Of a stretch of DNA of 64,000 nt, positions 10,738-20,119 are shown piece after piece. Every line of letters begins with the position of its first letter. Within the stretch, counting starts at the first letter, position 1. Under the pieces are notes generated by a model, which worked only from the letters and a program-made list of their open reading frames with translations, did not search any database and had not been told where the DNA came from. The translations under genes were made by a program, and so were the position numbers. Origin of the DNA: Takakia lepidozioides (taxonomy: Eukaryota; Plantae; Bryophyta); contig CM060732.1 in NCBI GenBank assembly GCA_030704615.1, positions 39,556,001 through 39,620,000 of the forward strand, given 5' to 3'.

Positions 10738-11420
10738 ATGTACAGTGCAGGTGACGACCGGATGCGTAGGCGTAGAATAGATGACCGTCTATGGCGAATG
10801 GAAGAAGCTTATGCCACAAGGAATGGACATACAAAAATGCTATGCAGCTGCGATGAGTGTCATGGAGGAAAACTATTGTTGTTGGAAACAGTGAGGAATC
10901 ATTACATGATACACGGGAGGGATCCTCTTCTCCGACGATGTTCTCTTCCGGTACGATTGTCACTTTCCCTTCAGCATTTTAGTTTGAATTTTGAATGCAA
11001 CGATCCTCTTCTCCACATGTCGACATTTCGTTGGGTGATTGTAGTCAAGAAGTCATAAGATATAGAGGTGACTATGACTACTTCACTTCCGTTATCACTT
11101 TAATTAATGCACATGTCGTGTTTTCATTGGTAATGTGTAGTCATGTAGTCATATATGACTAACTAAGTGACTGCAACTATGACTTCAATGGCTACAAATG
11201 TCGTATTTTGATTGGGTGTATATTCATAAGATACATACGTAAATATGACTGCATCACTGCAACGGCACCGTGCCTCCCATGTCATAATATGAACAAGTGT
11301 CACATCGTTGTTGGTCCACTCACAAGATGAATATTGGGGTGCAGGGATGTGAATATTCAGATGATGAAGATGAAGGCCCTGCGGCACAGCGGGAGCCCAA
11401 TATCACAGAGAACGCAGAGA
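10738..11420 (+). pseudogene. N-terminus of CACTA TnpD transposase (transposase-associated domain), truncated
   Basis: MLCSCDECHGGKLLLLETVRNHYMIHGRDP fits the CxCxxC...V..H...G pattern of Transpos_assoc. A GT donor at ~10950 and an acidic exon GCEYSDDEDEG at ~11345 follow, then a tandem array replaces the rest. Confidence 0.65.
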
Positions 11421-11990
11421 GGGCAAACCATGCAACAATAGGTCAAAGAATAAGGTGCCCTCACCACCACAGAACCAGCTAACTTCATAATGACAACATG
11501 CATTTAGGGCCGAGTCTGATGAGAGGGAAAAATAGGCTGCATAGGTCAAAGAAGAAACTGACAGAATTCAACATGCACTCAATGCTGAGTCTAATGAGAG
11601 GGAAAAACAGGCAATAGTATGTCAAAGAAGAAGGTGCCCTCACCACCACCTAGAATGCTAATTTTCAGAAAATTCAACATACATTCAGGGCCGAGTCTGA
11701 TGACAGGGCAAAACAGGCTGCTATAGATTAAAGAAGAAGGTGCCCTCACCACCACCCAACCACCCAACCACCTCACTTCAGAATTTATCATGCGTTCATG
11801 GCCGAGTCTAATGAGAGGGCAAAACAGGCTGCAAATAGGTTGAAGAAGAAGGTGCCCTCACCACCAGCTAACTTTAGGGTTTAACATGTATTCACGGTTG
11901 AGTCTGATGAGAGGGCAAAACAGGCTGCAATAGGTCAAAGAAGAAGGTGCCCTCACCACCACCCAACCAACGTACTTACAGAATTAAACA
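11415..11990. repeat. Tandem array, ~105-120-bp unit, ~5-6 copies
   Basis: Recurrent ccgagtct(g/a)atgagagggcaaaacaggctgc..taggtcaaagaagaaggtgccctcaccaccac. Confidence 0.9.
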
Positions 11991-12042
11991 TGGTCAAAAA
12001 CTAAGTTTGTAAGACTCGTAGGAAAGGTTATGTGACTTACCT

Positions 12043-12046
<4 letters not shown>

Positions 12047-12105
<59 letters not shown>
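12047..12105. repeat. (GA)n microsatellite
   Basis: Directly visible. Confidence 0.95.
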
Positions 12106-12526
12106 ACAAAGAGGTCTTAGGGATCCCACCGCCATCTTGTTAGCCTCCTTAGTGGGGGTGGCAGTCCTAGCAGGCCGCTTGGTAGAAGTCATTTGTGGAC
12201 GAGCTGGCTCAAGCTTGTCAGCACTGTCCATGTCATCTTCCTCATGCGAAACTAACACATAAAGAACAAAATAGCCCCTATACGTGATGAACATGTTACC
12301 CTATAAGCGTGGTTTTTTTCTCACGTTGTGCTCACATGGCCCTTTTCATAATAGGCATGAGAGTGGGCAGTGAGGCCTAAGCTTAAATTTAAGATCATCA
12401 CCCATGGATAATTTCACACGGTGAAACTCTGTACCAACTAGTCTGAGAAGAAATCACATTGTAGCTGAAATGATGAATATGTCACTTTTAAAGGCCCTAC
12501 CCATGTATATTTTTATAGAGCAAAAC

Positions 12527-13156
12527 GCCTCTCATTTTTTAATAATAGGGTCATGAATGCACGCGCGGGCCCCGCCAGTACGGCCTCTGGGGTGAGCTCA
12601 TAAGCCCACCACCCATTCACCGGGTAGGCCAGATTCTGAAATTTTTCTAAATCCTTATTCATCTACCGTGGCGGACATTCTAGCGGACTAGGCAGACCCT
12701 CCAACAGACCGACTCAACCTTCTAGCGGACAGACAGGCAGACCGGCACCCCTCCAGCAGACCGACGAGCAGACTAGGCAAACCCCCCTCCAGCAGACCGG
12801 CAGACCCTTCGACAAAATATATATTTAATAACACGCATCACTGCCGCAATACAACCTGACAGGATTTGAACACCAAACCTCGTGTTTATTATTCATTGCT
12901 CTTAACTATTACACTACCCGCCACTTTCTGTAATCCCTCGCAATAACTAATGCTTTACGTGCATATTGTGGGCCCCCAACAGACTAGCTCATGTGTTTTG
13001 TAGGCCCCAACAGACTAGCTTGCCGGACAGACCCAACAGCAGTAGACTGGCCGGGTAGGGGCGCTCCCACCCTCCGCGACCCCCTCTGCTACACGCGGGC
13101 CCCGCCGCAGCCACACGCGCGGGCATTCATGACCCTATTATTGTTGAATGAGAAGC
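12527..13156. mobile_element. Mutator-like MITE (630 bp) with 9-bp TSD
   Basis: TIRs gcctctcatt..aataatagggtcatgaatgc.cgcgcg and cgcgcgggcattcatgaccctattatt..aatgagaagc. Identical 9-bp flanks gagcaaaac at 12518-12526 and 13157-13165. Confidence 0.9.
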
Positions 13157-13369
13157 GAGCAAAACTCTCTCCCCTAACAACTAGTTCAATTATATATTGA
13201 GATATGCATTTGTAGTGTGAAACTCTGATCCCTGAAGAGAAGTTGGGTAGCGTGCAGTTATGATGCTCACAAACAAAAAAATATGAAAAAATATTCTTGA
13301 GATGCCCAAAGAAAATCGCACAAGTTTTTTAACACAAGTTTTTTAACACAAGTTTTGAACAAGAACAAT

Positions 13370-15047
13370 GTCAGACATGAGTTTCTTGTTGAGAAACTCT
13401 TTTGTTACAGAAAAGCAGTTCAATTCCCTCGATTCACATCTCTTCATATTGTCTCAAAGCATACTGATTTTTGAACAATACACTGTCGGACAAGAGTTTC
13501 GTGTTGAAGTACTATTTTATTACAGCCAAATAGTTCAAGTCCCTCAGTTCATATCCCTCCGAAAATATTTTCAGACAAGAGCTTCGTGTTAAGGAAATTA
13601 TGTAGATTTTTGAATAAAACCCCTGTCAGACAAGAGTTTTGTGTTAAGAAACTCTTTTGTCACGACAAAGAGTTCAAATCCCTCGGTCCATATCCCTCCA
13701 TATTTGTTTGAAAACATGCAGGTTTTTGAACAAAAACACTGTTAGAGAAGAGTTTCGTGTTGAGAAATTCTTTTGTTATGGCGAAGCAATTCAAATCTCT
13801 CAGTCCATGTCCCTTCATATTGGTTCCAAAGCATGCAGGTTTTTGAACTAAAACACTGTTAGAGAAGAGTTTCGTGTTGAGAAACTCTTTTGTTACGGCG
13901 AAGCAGTTCAAATATTTTTAGTCCATGTCCCTCCATATTGGTTCAAAAGCATGCAGGTTTTTGAACAAAAACACTGTCCCTAAAGAGTTTCGTGTTGAGA
14001 AACTCTTTTGTTACGACGAAGCAATTCAAATCTCTCAGTCCACGTCCCTCCATATTGGTTCAAAAGCATGCAAGTTTTTGAACAAAAACACTGTCACAAA
14101 ATAGTTTGTGTTGAGAAACTCTTTTACAAAACAATTCAAATCTTTCAGTCCACGTCCCTCCATATTTGTTTGAAAGCATGCAAGTTTTTTAACAAAAATA
14201 TTGTCAGACAAGAGTGTCGTGTTGAGAAACTCTTTTGTTATGGCGAAGCAATTCAAATCCCTCAGTCCATTCCCCTCCATATTGGTTCAAAATAATGCAG
14301 GTTTTTGAACAAAAACACTGACAGATAAAAGTTTCGTGTTGAGAAACTTTGTTATGGCGAAGCAATTTAAATCTCTCAGTCCATATCCCTTCCTATTGGT
14401 TCAAAACATGCAGGTTTTTGAACAAAAACACTGCCAGAAAAGAGTTTCATGTTGAAACTCTTTTGTTATGGCGAAACAATTCAAATCTGTCAGTCCAGGT
14501 CCCTCCATATTGGTTCAAAAGCATGCAGGTTTTTTTAACAAAAACACTGTCAAAGAAGAGTTTCGTGTTGAGAAACTCTTTTACTATGGCGAAACAATTT
14601 AAATCTCTTAGTCCATGTCCCTCCATATTGGTTCAAAACATGCAGGTTTTTGAACAAAAACACTGTTAGAGAAGAGTTTCATGTTGAGAAACTCTTTTGC
14701 TACGCCGAACTAGCAGTTCATATCTTTGAGTTCGCATTCCTCCATATTGGTTTTAAAGCATGCAGATTCTTAAACCATAACAATGTCAGACAAGAGTTTC
14801 GTGTTGAGAAACTCTTATTTTATGGCAAAAGAGTTCAAATCCCTTAGTTCGTATCCATACATATTGTTTCAAAAGTATGCAGGTTTTTGTACGCAACCGC
14901 AGTCGGATAAGAGTTTCGTGTTGAGAAATGCTTTTGTATGGTGAAGTATTTCAAATCTTTTTAGTTCATATCCCTCCATATTTGTTCAAATGCATGTAGT
15001 GCTTTGAACAAATTCATTGACAGACAAGAGTTTCGTGTTGAGAAACC
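13370..15047. repeat. Satellite array, ~117-bp unit, ~14 copies
   Basis: Unit gagtttcgtgttgagaaactcttttgttacggcgaagcaattcaaatctctcagtccatgtccctccatattggttcaaaagcatgcaggtttttgaacaaaaacactgtcagacaa. Equivalent positions at 13741 and 13858 give the period. Confidence 0.95.
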
Positions 15048-17294
15048 TTTTTCAATCTTTGAATTCATTATTAAAAATGGTTGACATTGATGTTATCAAA
15101 GCGAAACAATATCAGACCTTCTCATATTCTGTGATAAAATTCACGGCACAAGAAGGAATATCCTGGTTTTATTGATGATCTAAATGACAGACGTACATGT
15201 TAACTTCGTTGTTAAAGGAAATTTCAGTAAGTCAAAGTATCATCATTTGTTATTCTGTCTATATTGTCCTATGAATCATTTCAATCAATATCGCTATATT
15301 TTCTGCTTATTGTGTGTTTGGTGTTATTTTTGGATGAGGGAACAAATACATTTTCCGAGTTCTCTTTAGCATCACATTTCAGTAGCATTAGAATTGTATT
15401 TTGTATCAACTGCAACTATTTTATTTTCGTTGCATGAAATTATTGCGATATAAGGCTTTCTTTCTTCAATGCGAAACCTACCGCTGCATAGATTTGTGAC
15501 CATATCACCAAGTATTTCTCAATGCGAAACTCGCCCTCGCCGCTATAGGTTTAGGGTTTCTGGCTACACTATTGAAGGTTTTGCCTCACTGGATTGGTGC
15601 AGATGTACCGTATAAATGTATCCGCTTATGATTTTATTCCATATAACTCCTATGACCGAGGTTAAAAAATCATAAAACTCCCATGACCGTGGGTTGTGCT
15701 CATGCTGTGCTCACACGATACCAACCCCCCTTGTTGAGGTGCCACCTATCATAATGCGTTACCCTAGGCTCGCTACTATCTGTGGACCCATATGTTTAAA
15801 AAAATTAAAAATAAAATGTGGCCAAACCAGCAGCAATGTGTTTGGTAGTTAGGTGCAATCAATTGTTCGGAGTTTGATTCTTGGAAAATGCAACACATCA
15901 CAATGACGTTAAACTAGGGCTACGTATTGCTCCGCAATTTTAGTGACGACTTATGAGAACAATGTCTAGATTAGATGGGGTATATTCAAGTTTTATGAAA
16001 AGATGAAAATTATTTCTTTTCATATTCATTTGACCGGTGTAATGACTGTGGCTTGTTTGGATACAAGAAGCAGATTGTGGCTCGAATCTGCTCCAGATAA
16101 TTGGATACAATGATACATTGGTGCAACAACATCCCAGTAGGCTGGCAGGTCTCGTAGCGCTCCCCTTTGGAGGACGAGGAGCCCTAGGTTAATTGGAGGA
16201 ACTGTAGATATTTTAGGAAATGAAAGTCTAAAGCTCTCTTTTGATAGCTTCAGCAAGAAATAGCTTTCGCGCTTAGAGCGCAGCCGCCCTGTTTCTTTTT
16301 TGTCCTCCTTTATATAAAGTTTAAGGGTGTCCACTCCCTTTTCCCCCAAAAAAAAGAAAAGAAAAGAAAAAAGAAGCAGATTTGGATTAAGAATGTTGTT
16401 TATATGATACTTTTTCATCTTTACTTTCAATTGGTTGAGGTTTGGATTTTCATTAATGTCACGGTTTCATGAAAAATGCTTTGTTGTTTTTTATTTAATG
16501 CATATTTGTTCCAGCATTCAGCATTTATTTTGTCTTTATTTAAAGCATGTTTTATCCTTATCTACATTTTGTTTTTCCATATTATTTGAAGTTATACACA
16601 TGCTCAAGTTTTTTTTTGTTTATGGTGGACATTAGCATTTTGATATACTTGATAACGACTGTACTATATAGCTGAAGATACGTCATTCCTGATAATAGTT
16701 GTGTAGATAAAAATTATTGTCTTGAGAAAAAATATTAATATTGATACCGATCGTTTGTCTTCAAAGTTTAAGGTAGTTTGTTCTATGATCTCTCCATGCT
16801 GTATTTCTCAAAACAGTGCATATGAGATATAAAGGGCTGAATTGGCCCTGAGGACATAGGGAGCAGGGCTAGCATGTCCAATACTTAGAAAACACTATCA
16901 TGTGATGGTGCATAGTGACGCATGGCTTGTAATCACATCAACTGATAGTAGTTAAGAGATTTTTTAATTTGATGATGGTGTAAACTTTTTATCACCTTAT
17001 TACCAAACACTTTTAATGTCCTACGAGGTTGCCCATTTTATTGGGGGATGCATATAATTGAATTTTGTCACTTTATTAGAGCGTTCGCACTTTATTACAA
17101 GAAGTAAAAAAACATGTCGATTTCTAGCATAAAGTTTACATCGCAGTGGAATAAAATGTGTCTGGGTGATCGATGAGGGCTGTATCTCTTTTGACAGATC
17201 GCACACTATTTGAATCATTCGATTCGATGCTACAATGCTTAGATTCTAGTTTTTTTCGCAATCTCAGTAGATACCAAATTTCTCAATCTAGTGG

Positions 17295-17860
17295 ATGGCG
17301 TAGAGACTTCAAAAAACACTCGAGCAACTTCTACCATCTCCACTTTCTGCGGTCTCATCATACATTTCCAAATGGAACTTGCTCTTTCCAAATCGATTCT
17401 GTTGTTTTTAACCGGTGTATCCCAATTGGGCAGAAGCGAAATACTGACCAGACTTCATTATATGGAGGAGAACACGCGGTAGTGTTGAATACAATTGTCT
17501 CTCATTTTGTATCCGCACCACATGCGTGCTCTCTGTGCGAGAAGCAAATCTTTGTTTTTCCGAAGCAGGCACCAAACTTATTCATCCATTCCATGTAACT
17601 GCATCTCGTCATCGCCAATGTTGACGGAGATGAAGTGGAAATCTAGTTCGTCGATGTCTTTGAGACAGTACCCAATCATGCGATGTCTTTGAGACAGTAC
17701 CCGATCATGCCGATATATGTGTGGAGGCCTTTGCCTCGTAATAGCTTGCAGTACATATGATGCCCAACTGGTGCAGATTTTGGATTGTCCCAACCTTAAA
17801 GCGTTTTTAATTTGTTTGTTGAGCATGATCAAAGTTTGTGGCAAAGAATTTACAAGCAGC
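17295..17860 (-). mobile_element. Replitron-type HUH endonuclease (rolling-circle transposase) remnant
   Basis: Frameshift-corrected translation: LIMLNKQIKNAL/GWDNPKSAPVGHHMYCKLLRGKGLHTYIGMIGYCLKDIDELDFHFISVNIGDDEM...FG..GKTKICFSH...LLHIMKSGQYF...IDLERASSIWKCMMRPQKVEMVEVARVFFE. It includes the GLHT.xGM.GYC.KD catalytic-Tyr motif I associate with Replitrons. The HUH motif itself is lost upstream. Confidence 0.75.
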
Positions 17861-18477
17861 TCATCGCCGTCGATGACTCCAGATAAGAAGGGATTCCCTG
17901 CTTTCTGGAAACGTAGGAGAATACGTCACTTGTGTGGTACACTGGCTGGTCTCAGATTGTTTCACTGTAGGTAAAAGTTTGTCCAAAGCTTGTCATTTGG
18001 GATCATAGCACAGCCGTTGCACATATTATATGGAGTAGGTTACCTGTCGATTGTGCCACATGTGAGCACAAGCTTCAACTGATGGTTCATAGATTTCGCA
18101 TCTTCTGTTTGAACAATTTGTATTGACTACCAAATGCACAATGGGTAGCAAAGCTTCCCTGTACAAGGACCATCAAACATGACACCTCACAAAAGGTCCA
18201 GAGGTCCATATTCTGATAAAGCAGATGCCATTCTTTCGCTGTAGAACTGTCTTGAGCTTGAGCAATATATTGGGTGGCGAAAGATGTTCGATGCGAGAAG
18301 GAAAAGTGAGTGAAGTCTTGGTGGAATGCCAAAATAGGAATTGTAAAGGAAGTGCCTTGGGGTTGAAAGAGACTGTCGTTATATCGTGCATGGAAGGGAG
18401 GGGGACGGAAGACAGTCTCTGCTCATCAGGGACCATATCGTGCAGCTTATGGCATTCCGTTTCTTCCATCTGAAGTG

Positions 18478-19426
18478 GGAAACGAGTAGGTACTGGAGGG
18501 GGGCAGATTAGAGTCTATCTGTTATATTGTCACTCCAGCAAGGTTATTTTCTTAATTCTATCTTGATAGCCATGACCCATTTGCATCTTCTACAAATGAT
18601 ACTACTTTCAGAGATACAGAAATGTTGCTGGTAAAACGTGTTGCTGCAGACTGAGGGAAAAGCCCACCGCTGCTGGAAGGGGCATTGAAAAGAGTTTCAA
18701 ATGGACTAGTGGGGCATTCTTGCCTGTGCCACGGCTGGCTGCAGTGGCCGCCTGCAGAAACCCAGTCCCTTCTGCCAGCTCGCCATGGCCAGTAAAGCTG
18801 CGTTAAGACGGATTAGAGTTTTGACAAGAATGTAGGAGTGCAGGAGCATGAGTTGCTTGGAGAGCTCCAGGGGCACTCATCGCTGCTGCGCCTGCAGCAC
18901 CTTGCAGAAATCTAGCAGCTGCTGGTGGGCCATCTTGTAATTCCCCATCTCCTGCCGCCATCATTGTCCTCCCATCAACAAATGTGATTTTGGACCCCCC
19001 CCATGGTTCTTCGTCGAGTGTATGATTCACACCCTTCATTTATCCAAAGAGCAAACAAAGAAGTCATTTCTGAACCTGCTCCTGGTGTGCAATCAAAAGC
19101 GCAGCCTTGGTGACCTCATCATAGTTGCCCTAAACAGTGTGGAGGCGGGAAAGGTACTGTGGTCCTTTCTGAACACCCTCCATCTCTCCCATCAGATAGT
19201 CCAGCAGCTGACTTGTCAGTGCATCATATCGCACCACCTGTCACTTCACAACACCCTCCTTTGCGCCCAGCAACCAAATGTGCACAAGGGAAGCAGGCTT
19301 GTGTGGGTTCCTGGGCATGAGCAAATTGTACCAGGTGACTGGTTGATGAGTACATTCTCTCCGAAACCAGAGTGGAATAGCATGGATTCAATCAACTAGG
19401 ACCCAGATATGTACATGTTCAATTGC
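18478..19426 (-). pseudogene. Duplicated, intron-containing fragment of WDR19 (source ~27398-28706)
   Basis: Colinear similarity to 27398-28164 and 28611-28706, covering introns and two exons. It has a ~130-bp insertion (18671-18800) and a small deletion at an exon boundary. Confidence 0.9.
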
Positions 19427-19534
19427 TTCAGATCTTTCGCAGACAACGGCTTTGAGAAAGAACTTGGTGGGTACTTTCACAATGGGAGCCAAGCCTGCAT
19501 ACAAGCCCCATCTCTCTCTCTCTTCCTCTCACAT

Positions 19535-19740
19535 CCCACACAGCAGATTGATGTTTGTGTGAAGGCATTTCTAGAGGATATCTGGAAAAATTGGATCAAT
19601 TGTCTGTTTCAATTTAAGTCATACTACTGGCGTCAACCCCTGACAAAGGTAGTTTCTGTCCCTTTGTGTTCCGCTCAAACTGGGCGCGGGATCAATGGCC
19701 ACAAGGCTACGGCAAACAGTGTCTTATGAGTACAATCTCT
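19535..19740 (+). mobile_element. LINE 3'-end fragment (same family as 36048-36645)
   Basis: cacagcagattgatg...ggccacaaggctacggcaaac...atgagtacaatct matches 36445-36648. Confidence 0.85.
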
Positions 19741-20119
19741 TCTCTCACAGGGTCTATGACATGGACAAGACATCGGTTGTGGTACATACTATGGAGATTC
19801 TTGTTCTTGTGTACCGCGCACTGATGCATTGACTTTCCTAGGTCTTCTGCATGGCTCGAGTAGATGCAAACTTGACCTTGATCCTGCCTACAGCAATTGT
19901 CACCAATGAGTATGAGCATCTCTGTTTCACTTGCACAACTTAAGTTGAAGCCTCTCCTTGTCAAAATATATCAAGACACTGCCAGTCACTCCCAAGGAAA
20001 ATCACCTGTGAGTACCCAGCAATTCTCAATCTTTTGGGACCCCTTGTTCAACCATTTCTGGTGTATACAGTTGAATTTAAAACAGATCAACCGCAGCAAA
20101 TATACCTGATTACAGCACT

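Larger units (their letters stand above)
4932..11420. mobile_element. CACTA (En/Spm) transposon, left end intact, right part truncated
   Basis: Terminus CACTACAAC at 4932. Dense subterminal repeats (atatgact, atgacta, cacgtg) to ~5650. TnpA-like gene on minus, TnpD N-terminus on plus. No matching right terminus with the 'tat' TSD was found. Confidence 0.85.

Noticed and set aside
13210-13217. ttgtagtg as the right terminus of the CACTA element
   Set aside because: Only 8 bp match the left end, the flank is tga rather than the expected tat TSD, and there are no adjacent subterminal repeats.
13370-15047. CRISPR-like array or repeat-protein ORFs in the satellite
   Set aside because: Whole units are repeated with no unique spacers, there are no cas genes, the context is eukaryotic, and the ORFs are by-products of the repeat.
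15548-15559. Interstitial telomere (tttaggg)
   Set aside because: Only about 1.5 units, which is expected by chance.
16030-16090. CNDCGLFGYKK zinc-knuckle-like remnant
   Set aside because: It needs a substitution and a frameshift to form CCHC and is too short to support.
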